From: Malacoraja senta
Taxonomy: Eukaryota
DNA: 64,000 nt
Direction of reading: 5' to 3'
NCBI GenBank assembly: GCA_038087875.1
Contig: CM075988.1
Coordinates: forward strand, 14,076,001 to 14,140,000
The position numbers were made by a program, and so were the translations under genes. The notes beneath the pieces were generated by a model. The model saw only the letters and a list, made by a program, of their open reading frames with translations, was not told where the DNA came from and ran no database searches. This document shows positions 24,128 through 37,690 of this stretch, in pieces. The first letter of the stretch is position 1; each line of letters starts with the position of its first letter.

Positions 24128-25559
24128 CTGGGAAACAGAAACGGCTTCATTATTTTCACAGCTGTCATTTTATATGTTTTGGTACAAAATTCTAAACATA
24201 CGAAACGTGAAGTAAAAAAAAAATGTTGTAGAATTTGTAGCATCATTTTACTTCCCTAATGCCATCACTCTCAGCCCACGAAACTGCTTTTCCTCTGCAG
24301 AACATTTAAGGTAATGTTCCAATCTAAATGCTGACAACTGCTCCTTAAATTTCTACATGCTGCTCATAAAGAAGTAATTATAATTCAACAAGTTTACACA
24401 CAGGCACTTCATATTCATGAATATTGACAAAGAAATTTATAACGGATATAAAAAAGATCAATGTATGACTTCAAAATGGAGAGCAAATAATAACTGCGCT
24501 CCCTGGTCTGATTACTCTGGCCTTTGAACCACACTTCACTTAAAGTCAATATTTGTTCTTGGCTTTGCTTGAATAAATGCCATGGGAAATCATTTAGAAC
24601 TACATTACTTTAAGTACCATTGTCATAAAGTTCACAAATAATTTTAGTTCTGACTCATAAAGCAAAGATGGTTAGTTAGTGAAGATATTTGCTCTTATAC
24701 GCTTGCATTGATAGTTTACCATGTAAGTTGCGATCTTTTCCTTTAGCCCCCAAATGGTGATATGAACACACAGATCAGTTGACCACCTATGTCATCATAA
24801 CAAACTTGTCCTAACACGGTACCTTTTGAAGTAGCATTGTAGTCAAACCACTTCACAGCTTTGGACTAGCACTGAAATACAAAGGGCAACCAAAGAGGTA
24901 ACAGAGGATTGGAATTTGGGGAAGATGAGGCAAGGTGAGTTGAGAATATTGTAACTGTTGTGCCGATTGTATAGCAGACCAGATCTGGCCTGGTGTTGGT
25001 CTGTCAGAGTCTTTCAAATGTGAGCCCTAGTTACCCTGGTTTACATGACAAATGGTAACATTAGAACCAGCAAGCACAGCAAGAACTGGAAAAGAGAATA
25101 CAAACACAGGAAACAAATATGCAGTAAATTTACTTTCTGAAATCCTTGAGTAGAAAAGTCATTTATAATTCATCACTGGAGCATCATTTTATACTTACAA
25201 ACGGATATCAGAATGTGATTGTATTATCATGGGAATACAAGTATCTTTTAGATCTATTCACCGAAAACGGCTTGAATATAATCACGTATAGTCTTTCCAC
25301 TGAGTGGATAGAATACAACAAAAAAGCTGTACCTTTGGTTTAGTTTAGGTACAGCTGTACCTAAACTAAACCAAACCATTTTGTCTGCTCTTGTCCCTGT
25401 GATGGGAAATACTTTGCTCTTGTCGATCTCATTGTAGAAGCATGGCGATTAGTTGAAGACTTTAAAACTCATTATCAAATACAAGGTAACATTTCTCCTG
25501 AAAATCACTGCTTAACCAAGGAATACAAGTAAAGAACAATAATGGATGTGAAGGCTTGA

Positions 25560-26220
25560 AGACCTAACACAGAAAGCAGATTCACGTGGACAACGCGTTG
25601 AAGAAGACATATAGCTTGCCTTCATCAGTCATAAGATTGAGTGTAGGAATTGAGGAATTATATTGCATCTGTACAAATCGTTGGTGATTATACTTGGAGT
25701 ATTGTGCATGCTCTGCTCAGCTATGAAAAATGTCATTACGCTGGAAAAGTGCAAAAGAAAATTCATGGGTCACTACTAGGACTGGAAGGCTTGAGTTGTA
25801 AAGAAAGGCTGTATAGACTGGGACATTTTGCTTGAGGAGGCTGAGGGGTGAACTTATAGAGGTGTATAAAATTATGAGGGGTGTAGATAAGGTGGGCGGT
25901 CAGCCTTTTTCCTCATGGTAGGGGAGTCTATAACAGGAAGACATAGATTTAAAGTGAGGGGAATGATTTAAATGGATCCTGAGGGGCAACCTTTTTCACA
26001 CAGCTGGTGGTGGGTATATCGAATGAACTATCAGACGCAGCCGTAAAGGTGGACACAATTACAAAGTTTCAAAAACATTTTGACCTGCACATGGGTAGAA
26101 AAGGTTTAGAAGGATATGAGCCAAATACAGGAAATGGGACTAAGTCTGATAAATATCTTTGTCATCATTATTTTTGGGCTGAAAGGCCCATTTTCATGAT
26201 GCATAATTCTGACTCTGACT
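25560..26220 (+). mobile_element. Degraded CR1 3' fragment
   Basis: LEKVQKKF..LGLEGLSCKERL, RLRGELIEVYKIM motifs followed by a CR1 3' UTR. Confidence 0.75.
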
Positions 26221-27321
26221 CAGCAGGTCGGTCGTTGGAGTGCAGTATTCTGCTAAAACTGGCTATAAACAATGCCTCACAACCCCTGGAGCAGAACATC
26301 AAAGCTGAGAGTCTGGAGTCTGAATAAAATGCAATTCCTCTTCAACTTCTCAAATTGGTACTTGTGATCAACATGGAACATAAAACATAGCACAGTACAA
26401 CTCAGGAACAGCCCCTGCGGCTCACAATACCAAATTAAAGCAATCTCCTCTGCCTGAATGTGATATATCTCATCCCTCCATATTCATGTGATCTGAAGAT
26501 TGGATGTTTAGCCCAATGCTGCTTTGAACTGTTCGAGCCGTCGATACTGCTTCGAGCTGTATGGATGCAGCAGTTGAAGATTAATGCTGCTCGCGCTACT
26601 GCCTTGCCTCAGAAATCTCCTCTGTCATTTGCATGCATCCCCAGAATGGATAATACTCTGTGCCATGAAGAAAATCCTCCCAAGTCTGTGGACAATAAAG
26701 AAATGCATTGACACCGACTTGAGGGGGTCCTTGACATTTTTCTCCTAATCCTCCAAAATGTTTTTCTCCTTTATCTTGCTGCCTTGATTCGTTTGAGATC
26801 TTGCACAATTTTTCTCATCTGGTAATCTATTACATTCATTGTGTACAGATCTTGCAGTATGGAATCATGACATTTTTATGCCATGAAATGGATTGAAAGT
26901 AGAGAAATGTGGATATTTAGGAAACAGTTCTGAAATAACTGCATCTTTCTGCATCTTTCCTTTTTCAGTTGCTTACCCTCTCCTGTTCCATATCTTCAAA
27001 ACTATGCATCTGTTTATAAAAATGAATTTAAACAATGAGATTTGAGATGCCAAACCATTACTGAATGTGTTGGTTTCATCCTTAGTTTGCTCAGGCACAA
27101 TGAACCTTTGAATTTTACCAAAGTATCACACCATTAAAAAAAATGGTTACATCCAAAATACTTAAGTCTTCCAATTGGAGGGTTGGTACAGGTGAAGAAA
27201 TCAGTAATTACATTTTGACTTTCCGTGGTTTGTAGCTGAAGAACAGGTGAATGTGCTTTGTGAACTCACTCAGTTGTGGTGCATTTAATACTTAGAGGTC
27301 ACTGAACACAGGTATATCACA

Positions 27322-27790
27322 GTCACACAATCACAATCACAATAAAACTTTATTAGCCAAGTAGGTTTTGCAACATATGAGGAATATAATTTGCCAAGTC
27401 AGTCATACAAATAAAAAGCAACGGAACACACAAAATACATTTTAACATAAACATCCACCACAGTGACTCCTCCACATTCCTCACTGTGATGGAAGGCGAA
27501 AAAAAGTTAAATCTCTTCCCTTCTTTGCTCTCCCGAGGTCAGGGGCCTCGAGCCCTCCGTTGACGGGACGATCCTGACTCCCGTAACCGGCGGCATTTGG
27601 GCCCTCCGCATCGGGGCAGTCAGTTCCTGCATCGGGGGGATGTCAGCTCCCCTCGCCAAGCGATCGAACCCTGCGTAGGGGCTGGTCGAACCTCTGCGTC
27701 GTTGGAGCTCCCGAGACTGCGAGCTCCCGATGTAAAGTCCACAGGCCGCGGTTGGAGCGATCCCAGGCAAGGGATCAACTCCGATGTTAG
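27322..27790 (-). mobile_element. GC-rich non-autonomous retroelement (same family as 56252-56997)
   Basis: (CACAAT)n tail. The reverse complement shares gccttccatcacagtgaggaatg..ggaggag.c.ctgtggtggatgtttatgt with 56812-56865. Confidence 0.75.
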
Positions 27791-27857
27791 AGTTGTATTC
27801 ATTTTTAGGGGACAAATATAAACCTTAAGTATTGATCACAAGGTTAGTGTTTTATAT

Positions 27858-28332
27858 TATAGACAATAGACAATAGACAATAGGTGCAGGAGTAGGCCAT
27901 TCGGCCCTTCGAGCTAGCATCGCCATTCAAGTGATCATGGCTGATCATCCACAATCAGTACCCCGTTCCTGCCTTCTCCCCATATCCCCTGACCGCTATC
28001 TTTAAGAGCCCTATCTAGCTCTCTCTTGAAAGTATCAAGAGAACCGGCCTCCACTGCCCTCTGAGGCAGAGAATTCCACAGACACAACTCTTTGTGTGAA
28101 AAAGTGTTTCCTCATCTCCGTTCTAAATGGCTTACCCATTATTTTTAAACTATGGCCCCTGGTTCTGGACTCCCCCAACACCGGGGACATGTTTGTGCCT
28201 CTAGTGTGTCCAAACCCTTAATAATCTTATATGTTTCAATAAGATCCCCTCTCATCCTATTAAATTCCAGAGTATACAAGTCCAGCCGTTCCATTCTCTC
28301 AGCATATGACAGTCCCGCCATCCCGGGAATTT
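27858..28332 (-). mobile_element. Young CR1 3' end, (TATTGTC)n-tailed family
   Basis: (AGACAAT)n tail; near-identical to the copies at 39694-40163 and 44499-44797. Confidence 0.85.
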
Positions 28333-28480
28333 AGTTGATGCTAATCAGTGGCAAACCTTGTCTTTCAATCACTGTACATGTAAACGATGATTTTCTGTGA
28401 TTGGACCCATGGTGGATGAACATCCCATATTAAACATGTACAGACATTGCCCCAGCTCATACAGTCCTTTAAGAGAAAGG

Positions 28481-28678
28481 GGTGGCAGAGTGGTGCAGTA
28501 GTAGAGTTGTTGCCTTACAGCGCCAGAGACCTAGGTTCGATCCTGATTATGGCTGTTGTCTGTATGCAGTTTGTACGTTCTCCCTGTGACTGCATGGGTT
28601 TTCTCCGGGTGCTCGGGTTTCCTTCCACATTCCAAAGACGTGCAGGTTTGCAATTGGTTTCTGTAAATCGTCCCTAGT
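28481..28678 (+). mobile_element. tRNA-derived V-SINE
   Basis: A box tggtgcagtagt, B box ggttcgatcc, V-domain-like ggtttccttccacattccaaagac. Confidence 0.8.
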
Positions 28679-29112
28679 CAGTACCCCGTTCCTGCTTTCT
28701 CCCCATATCCCTTGATTCCTAAGAGCTAAGGGAAGTGGAACAGTCCAGTGTGATAAAAAGCCAATTCATTACTTTTTGCTTGTTTTTCTAAGTTGTACAA
28801 CAAACCGTTGAGAAGAGTAGCAACTGAACAAACTGGGTAAGAAAACATATGTTTACTAACAAGTGAACAATATTTTCCTGAGAGAGGATATTTGAAACTT
28901 TAACTATTTGTCAGTTGTTAATCTGTTAATATAATTCAACAGCCTAAATGTTTATTCAATAATATACAATCATTTCAAATAGACCCAGAATTTAGATCTT
29001 CCATTTTAACTGAATTGATGATTCACAGCAAAATGACTGCAAGAATGCAATCAAAGAAGATTCTACTCGGTGAAACTGTACGCAGGAATGGGGTTAAATA
29101 GTTTGAATTTAC

Positions 29113-29253
29113 CTTAAGCACCAGTCGAGCAGGGCTAGATTGGCCCATGGTACCTAGAGCATTGTAAGGCATGCAGGTGTAAGTGCCCAGAGCTTCTTCT
29201 GTGGATTCCTCCAGAGCAATGGTCCCATCATTCCACAAACTCCAACCATGAAA
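29113..29253 (-). CDS. IGSF9B: IGSF9B coding exon, Ig4 second half (141 nt)
   Basis: Acceptor ctggcag|, translation FHGWSLWNDGTIALEESTEEALGTYTCMPYNALGTMGQSSPARLVLK, donor |gtaaat. Phase 0-0. Confidence 0.95.
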
Positions 29254-30094
29254 CTGCCAGAGAAGGTTACTGTAAGTGAGGAAAGCCAACCAACTACGAT
29301 ACAATCAGAACATCCTACTAAAGTGGCTTTTTGGACAATAACATTGTACTGGGTAGTGTTTGAATCAAAAGCAGCCATTGCCAATAAAAAAAATTAAAAA
29401 CATATGCTGGTAATACTCAACAGGATCTGTGGAGAGAGAATCAGATTCAATATACAGAAACAAGGAAATGCAAATGGTGGTTTTGACAAATGGGCAGAAA
29501 ATGGTGGAGTAACTCAACAGGTCAGGCAGCATTTCTGAAGAATATGGATAGGTGGCATTTTGTGTTGGGACCCTTCTTCTGAAGAAAGGACCTGACCCGA
29601 TAAATCACCTATCCAGCTTCTCCAGAAATGCTGCCTGACCCGCTGAGATGCTCCAACACTTTAGGTCCTTTATTGTCAATATATTTCAGGTTAATGGCCC
29701 TTCAATTAAACCATTTTCAAATTGGGCGCATGTACTAACATATAAAGAGTGGTGCAGTGTATTTTCTTTTCATTTTAAAGGCAGGATTTTCTTATTAAAC
29801 TTTGCTAATTCTAGTATAAAAATTATCAAGTGCTCCTTGGCTCAGTTGGAAGTCTGCTCACAGTATGTGTATATATATATATATATACTGCAGCGGTGGT
29901 GCAGCGGTAGAGTTGCTTCCTTACAGCACTTTCAGCGCCAGAGATGGGATGAGGGGAAATGAGCCGTGCAGTTGGGGGCTATGGGTGAGTGGTGGAATAT
30001 TGCGTTGGGGGAACGGGTTGCGTTGGGGGAACACGTGAGTGGTGGAATATTGCATTGGGGGAGCAGACTCAACGGGCCTGCACTTAGTCTTATT

Positions 30095-30113
30095 TATATA
30101 TATATATATATAC

Positions 30114-30165
<52 letters not shown>

Positions 30166-30176
30166 TTAAGTGCAGT

Positions 30177-30239
<63 letters not shown>

Positions 30240-30270
30240 CTGTATGTGCAAATATATATATATATATCTG
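30095..30270. repeat. (TA)n microsatellite tracts
   Basis: Several long TA runs, interrupted by a short insert at 30161-30180. Confidence 0.95.
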
Positions 30271-32271
30271 TTTGCTTAACCAGCAGGAGTCATAGAGCTT
30301 TTGGCAGCTTATCTTGTGTCACTGTTTTGATCTTTGGCACATGCAATGTTCATTGACTTCTGAAGGACTGTGCTTGCCGATAAGTGCACTCATGAAGAAA
30401 ATAAAACCTGCTAACATTAGTAAATCAATCCCGATCATTTAGTATGTCTTGATAATAACAATGGCAAAATGGTAATCCTTTGATTATTGTGCAGAATTCA
30501 TCTGTTTCCTTCAAACTGCCTTATAACATCTTAATCTGTCTTTAAAAGTACAGCAGAAATTGTTAACAACTGCAGATGTTAGTGCTGTAGATAGTCATAG
30601 CCACTTTATCATGTTCAACATTAGTTTCTGACAACAGCAGATCCTCCTTAATTTTTCCTCAATAATTTGATAACCTCCAGGGATGGAAGTAATGAATGAG
30701 GGGAGAAAAATACAATGGCTGGGAGGACGAGAAGAAGGGAAGAGAAGTAGGTGTATTAGAAGAAGGTGAGACAAGAAGGAGATGGTGTAATGGAGAGATG
30801 AAATATCTCTGTGCAAAAACTTGCTCATTATTTCAAGGAGCTAATATTAGGTAACATTGATTGTTAAACATTGTCAAAGTTCTATCAACAGGTATAGGAA
30901 GTGCTGCTGTTAAATGTTGATATTTAAAATAGTTTTTTTGATGGATGAAACCTGACAACGTAATTTTAAATAAAATGTTGCATCCCACACAACAATTTTA
31001 ATTATTACCTGCTAATTGAGTGATACTGGTGATAATTAAATAATTCAACATTTCCAAATTAAGCATATATCACTAGTAGTGATTTAAAGGTTTGAAAATC
31101 AGAATTAAAAAATGTAACAATAAAAGTATATCTATCCGCTTTGCAGCTTACATCACTATTTAGATGCCCATTCAAGCCTTGTATCATTCAACTTGAACCT
31201 GACTGCAAAGCAACACTTGCTGGGCACAGGTTTAAATGCACAATTTGGAACTCGGTACATACAATTGTTATCAGTGAATATCTGTGCATTGCATCATTGC
31301 ATGCACCTCAAAAGCATCACAGCCAATATATAGCAGCTTGGGACCACAGGCGTGCCAGATGATCATAGTGTGAACGAAAACTTGTCCTCTGGGACAAAGG
31401 TTGTGTCCAGGTGTGAGAGAATTAACTCATTAAACAGGATCAACAGGAAGTTTGGGTTAGACCAGTGATGAGGACTAGGACCTGTGTTGGTGTCTGATTG
31501 GGGAAGGGGTCTGGGGCTAGGTGTGTGATCAGGATTGGGATCCGTGGTCATGTTTAAAATCTGGAATGGGAGCTGAGGTCAAGATCAAAGGCAGTGCACA
31601 AAGAATGATTTAGTTGAGTAATTTATGGAATGCGTTATTGTCAAAAATTAATATTATTCCATTTCAGCCTGCAAGAAGTTTATCTTCACAATTAAACTGC
31701 ATGACACTGCCTAATTTGCAGTCCCTCAGCTGAGGCAGTACATGAGTGTAACCAAGTCCTCATATCTGAGGACTGTAGAGTGGAACTTGCCAACTTCCCC
31801 AGATAATGCTTTCACTGGGCTAGGAGCGCAGTGCCCCAATATAACACACCAGCTCTATGCCTTCTAAGATCTGCACAGACTGGTCACTGTAGCACAACCT
31901 GATGCCATCCTAGGCACTTTACGCATCATAGCTCCTCTAAATATGAATATGAAGAGGAATTGAAGGATATGTACTCTGCATTTTATTGACTTTGATCCTT
32001 AGGAAGAATAACAAGGCAGAAACTTGCATGACTCTAATTTAACAGTAATAAACTTTAGACTTTAGAGATACAGCGTGGAAATAGGCCCTTAGATCTACCG
32101 AGTGATCACCCTGTAATGTATTTGCTTATTGCATAAAATCCTTCTTTTCAACCAAAGCAGAGTAAATTTAATTAATCTTTGAGGAACCATCACAGAAGCA
32201 GCAGACTCAGGATCTCATACTCTGACTGACAGCATGAACTAAGGTTGCTACCATTAAATCCTAATTGTTAC

Positions 32272-32414
32272 CATTTCAATCTTCAGTGGCCGTCCATCTT
32301 TAGTCCACTTGACCTGGGTTGCTGGAGGATTTGCATCCACTGGGCACTTGATATATCCGGGCATTCCAACTGGCAGATAAATGACGGGAGGCATATTGAC
32401 AACTCGTGCTGGAT
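32272..32414 (-). CDS. IGSF9B: IGSF9B coding exon, Ig4 first half (143 nt)
   Basis: Acceptor gcttcag|, translation (Y)PARVVNMPPVIYLPVGMPGYIKCPVDANPPATQVKWTKDGRPLKIEM, donor |gtaaca. Phase 1 in, phase 0 out. Missed in this frame by the ORF track. Confidence 0.95.
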
Positions 32415-32554
32415 CTGAAGCACAACAGACAAGTTGAGGTTAAAGCTTAAATTGGCAGCCAGGTCATGCATTGTCACATTGTTTCTGCACACCGTAAGTT
32501 TATTGCGCTGGGTTTATGTAAACAAATCTGTAATCTCATTTGGTTTCTTCTAAC

Positions 32555-33170
32555 TTAGGACAGCATGGTCATACAGCAGTTAATGCTGCTGCCTCACAGA
32601 TCTCCGTGCTGCCTGTGTGGAAATTGCACATTCTCTGTAGGACCATAGGGTGGCATAGTGGTGCAATGGTAGAGTTGCTGCCTTACAGTGCCTGGGACCC
32701 CAGTTTGACCCTGATCACGGGTGCTGTCTGTACAGAGTTTGTACATTCTCCCTGTGACCGTATGGGTTTTCTCCAGGTGCTCTGGTTTCCTCCCACACTC
32801 CAAAGACGTACTGGTTTGTAGGTTAATCGGCTTCGGTAAAAAAAGTTGTAAATGATCCCTAGTGCGTAGTATAGTGTTAGTGTACTGGGTGATCTAAACT
32901 CTAAAATCTAATGTCTAGTTGCCTGGGTCTCCTCTGGGAGCTTTGCTTTCCTCCCATATCCCAAAGCAGTGTGGGTAGGTTTATTGGCCATTGAGAAATG
33001 CCCTTTAGCAGAGCTTAATGGCAAAAAAGGGATCAAAGATGAGTTGATGGTATGTGTGAAGCAGAATACGTTGTAGGTGTACAGGGAAATAAGGAGAGGA
33101 GGAATGGGACAAAAGGACTTGTTACCATGGACTCGATGGACTGAATAGCCTCCTCCTGTGTCACGATAAG
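32555..33170 (+). mobile_element. Nested V-SINEs (younger copy at about 32648-32905 inside an older copy)
   Basis: Two SINE heads and two ggtttc/ctcccac V cores; the outer copy resumes at about 32920 and ends in a CR1-like tail. Confidence 0.65.
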
Positions 33171-34553
33171 GTACAAGAATTTGTATGGGTTAAAGATAAA
33201 ATTGGAACATGGTATTTATTTTTTGAAAAATATTCATAGTTAAATTCTTGAATTTGCACTTTACCATTCTTTAACTGTATCTACAGAGATATTAGCTTAC
33301 AAATTTACTTTTGGTGCATCACAAACAAGAGACTCAAAAAATCCAGGTAAAATCTGATAAGCTGTGTGCCTGCTGTGAGTTTGATGAATGTTTTGTTGCA
33401 TGTGCAGCTGCCATGAACGTGTGGGAGTTCATTAGATTGTGAGTGAAGATTGCAAAGCAGGTCACATTATTCATTACTGTCACAAATTACAACTGCAAGT
33501 CAGTTATTCTCTTCAATTATAATCGCTGCTTTTCAAAGAATATTTAAAGAATTGCATTTATGCCTTGCTGTTGTTGAGATTGGAAAGAATTTGGATGAGG
33601 TGGAAGTTACATTGGAGACATCTTGGGGATGATTTTAACCCAGTTCACTTGGCAGGAATCCCATGGCACAATGTTTAATCTCCATCCAATATTACTTTCC
33701 CATGACTTAAATGGAGAAACAAATCTAATGTACTTTAAAACCAGCAGTGCTCTTTTCCTGATAGTCTCGTGATGAGCAAATTAGGTTAAAATTAACCTCA
33801 TTGTCTTTAAGAATAAGTGATATTTATCTCATTTATCCTTTCTCGAAGGAAGCACAATGCCAAGATGCTGCTGTAATACAATATTTCGCTGAAATAAAAG
33901 CTGATTTATTCCATTTAGAGCTGTCATTCTTTATTAAGAACAAAACACTAACCAAACGCAATATTTTTTCAAATACACACCTATGAGTCAGAACAATTTC
34001 AAATAAAGTAGGAACAATGACTTCAATCATGGCAGGAGAAGTCATGAAAATTGATGCTTCGAGGATTTCTCAAAGTCTCCTTGGTAATATACTGTATAAC
34101 ATCTTCATCAATTCATGGGAATCTCTAGCCCATGACATCAAATGGAGAGACAGTATCAGGGAAGATACCGAATTCCTTGAGTATGTATGGTGAGGGCATG
34201 GCTAGGCTATATATAAACAATGGAAGGAGCACACAACATCGCAAACACAACCCACATATCCACCATAGCAAGCACCAACAGATCCCACAGAGAACTCTCC
34301 TGCTCCCTCAGAAAACTGGAGTGCGGACAAGTCATTTTTGACCAGATTGTCAGAGGAGATAATGGTCAAATGCATTGTAAACCAAATAGGATCCAGGGGA
34401 TTAGTCATATGTGTCTTTATGGTCTAGGGTTAGTAACATAAATAGCTACTGGATCAACTCTATCCTTGGCACATCATGACCAATCTGAAAAAGGCAGTGC
34501 ACAAGCTGATTTTTATTATGTGTCTGATGGTCTTTTCGCATTGAGTACCTAAT

Positions 34554-34779
34554 GATATTCCAGTTGATAGACACAAAATGCTGGAGTAACTCAGCGGGAC
34601 AGGCAGCATCTCTGGAGAGAAGGGAAGGGTGACATTTCAGGTCGAGACCCTTCTTCGGTGTGAAACGTCACCCATTCCTTCTCTCCCGAGATGCTGCCCG
34701 AGTTACTCCAGCATTTTGTATCTATCTTTAGTTTAAACCAGCATCTGCAGTTCCTTCATACACAGATATTCCAGTTGAT
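34554..34779. mobile_element. Foldback Penelope-derived short element with 15-bp TSD
   Basis: TSD gatattccagttgat at 34554-34568 and 34765-34779; inverted pLTR arms. Confidence 0.88.
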
Positions 34780-36011
34780 TTGACCCACAGTAAGGCTCAG
34801 TTGCTGAAGTGCATGGGTGGGTACATTACAGCATGAGCTCAGTAACTTAGTGGCTGATTGACTCGGCAATGGAGCAGTTCATTACGCTGTTCAGCTGACA
34901 TGTTAAAGCCTTTACTAACATGCGCCAACTTTGAAGGTAAATCAATAACTATTCTCAAGGGTTTTGACTTTGGTCAGTTGTAGGGCATTTCATTGCGATG
35001 CATCTAATTTTAGAACAGTATGTCTGAAAACAAAATGAACTGTGCTATCTGTGCAGAAGCTAATTACATCGCGATATCTTCCCTATTATTCTGGTTGTGG
35101 AAAACAAGCCCCACTGTCTAAGTATCTGTGCAGTAATGAAACTGCAATACCACGTCTCAATATGATGGTGCAGTCGGGGACAGCTAGGGCCACTTAATCC
35201 AGAAAATTTGGCCTTCAGAGGGGGATATAGCTCCAAACACTGGCCTTGGATTCAAGCCAAGCTGCTCTTAACTTTTGAGCTCCCTGTTGAGTAAGTAATA
35301 AGATTACAATAAATGTAGAAGTCAGTACTTCTGTCTCTCCAGCTCATATCTATTCAATTTAGAGAAAGAGTTCAAGCTAATGAGACTTATTTATATTCTA
35401 CACTATTAAGAAATGTAATTACTTTCTTGATGCAGACAGTGATGTTTCATTCCAAAGATTCAACAACCAATAATGAATTTCAGACCGAAGTTCTAGATTA
35501 GTGGTGTTTGAAAAATGAATTCAAAGTTTTCTATTTTGCTGCTTGCGGACGTGCGTGTAGAGATCGTACTAGAAAAGTAAGTTCGGCTGAAGAGCAGCTG
35601 AAATACCTGCAATTTAGTTGCAGGAACAAAATTACTCAAAGAGAGATAGCAACATGGTTAATGATCATTACACATTAAAGGTAGGTCACCCTCCAATTTG
35701 TTAACGTATCACTGCTAAAGTACTGGCAGTAATAAATGGCAGCGGGATAAAGGAATGAAGAATGGAACAAAGAGCACCTGAATTTGTAATGATCATGGCC
35801 AGAAATGGGACAGACACAGTGAAAGACACCACAGCTTAATGTGGGCCGTTTTGGTCATTGAACAAGTCATTTGTGCACAGTTTATCTTTTAGACAAATAT
35901 TTGGATAGGGTGGGATTTTAAACTAGGTGGGTTCCATGTTCACTTGCTCTTTTTTTAAATGTGTACTGCAAGAATAGTTGTATTGTGCCTCAAAAGTTAA
36001 ACTCATACTAC

Positions 36012-37690
36012 AAACAAGGAACTGCAGATACTGGTTTACTGAAAAGTACACAAAGTGCTCGAGTAACTCAGCAGGTCAGGGAGCATCTCTAGTGAATATG
36101 GACAGGTGACATTTCGGGTTGAGACCCTTCTTCAGATCGATTGTAGGGATTGGGGGGGGTGGGGGTGGGGGTGGGGGGAGAGGAAAGAAGAGGGGAGAGG
36201 CTGGACATGGCGTGGCAGGTAACAGGTGGACGTAGGTGAAGGGGGAGTTATAGAGGAATGAATGTAGCAGGAGGGGAAAGGGAGGGTAAAAATAGGTGGG
36301 TCCAGGTTGGCACAGGGGGGGGGGTCGGGAGGGGGAGATAAAAAATAAGGGAAGGGGTGTGGCAGAGAAGGAGGGGCAGGGGAATTAGTTAGAGGTTATG
36401 TAAAATTGGTGAATTCAATTGGGTTCTAAGCAACCTTAGTGGAATATGAGGTGCGGTTTATCCAGTTTGCGTGTGGCCTCTCTCTGGCAATGGAGGAGGC
36501 CCAGGACAGAAAAGTCAGTATGGGAAGGGGAATTAAAATGGTTATCAACCGGGAAATCCAGTAGGCCTAGTGGACTGAGCACAAGTGTCAGTGAAGCGGT
36601 CGCCAAGTCTCCGGTAACCTCATCCTACACCTGCCTTTATACCTCCTCCCTTGCCTTCATCCAGAGACCACAGTAGTCCTTCGAGGTGAGACAGAAGTTC
36701 ATGCGCACCTCTTCTAATCTCGTTAATTGCATTTGATGTTCTCAATGTGGCCTCCTGTACATGGGCAAGACCAAGTGTAGACTTGGCACAGAGGCACAGC
36801 AGGTAAAGCTGCTGTCCCACTGTTCCAGTGACCCTAATTCAATCTTGACATTTGGTGCAAGATGCATGTTTCCCGGTGACCACATTGGTTTCCTTGGGTC
36901 TTCTGGTTTCCTCCCACATCCCAAACGCAAACAGGTTGGTAGTTTAATTGGTCACAATAAAGTTCCCCTACTGTGTAGACGAGTGGGAGAATCTGGGAGG
37001 AGTTGATAGTAATGAAAGAATGGGATTAGTGCAGGATTAGTGTAAAAGGTCGCATGATGGATAGCACAGACTCGATAAGGTAAAGAGCCTGTTTCCATGA
37101 GCCCATAGCTCATAACAAGCCAAATTAAAAAAATGACAAAATACATTCCAAATACCCATCGCATTACTGTTTAGGATGCGAAGTGACTTTATGGCTGTGA
37201 AATCAAAGAGGGTATAAGAGATTCTGGAGGACAAGGACAAGGTTATTCCCCTAAACCATTCACATACTGACCATTTTGTCCTTGGTCTCCTCCATTGCCA
37301 GAGTGAGGCCACATGCAAATTGGAGAGAGTGCACCATATTATTCAGTTTGGGCAGCTTATAACCCAATGGTATGAACATAGAATTCTCTAATTTCAAGTA
37401 ATACCCCCCATCCTCTCTCTTTTTTTTAATCTCCTTTTCACCTCTTGATTTTGTCACATTCTGCCAATCAAATGTCCCCTCACCTGTATCCACCTATCAC
37501 TTGCCAGGCTTTGTCCTCCCCTCACCTCTCCTTTCAAGCTTTCTTCCACCACTGCTACTAATCTAAAAAAAGATCACGACCCCAAAATGTTGTATGTCCA
37601 TTTCCTCCACAATTGTTGCTTGAGCCCTCTGTGTTCCTTTACCATTTTGTGTTTTGCTCAAGATTCAAACATCCGCAGTTCCTTGCGTCT
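36012..37690. mobile_element. Complex of Penelope fragments (both strands) and a V-SINE
   Basis: pLTR plus GIY-YIG remnant on - (36012-36610), GIY-YIG remnant on + (36620-36785), SINE (36790-37105), Penelope 3' end on + (37250-37690). Confidence 0.65.

Noticed and set aside
28481..28560. tRNA gene-like A and B boxes
   Set aside because: No full cloverleaf; the sequence continues into the SINE V core and is repeated, so it is a SINE head.
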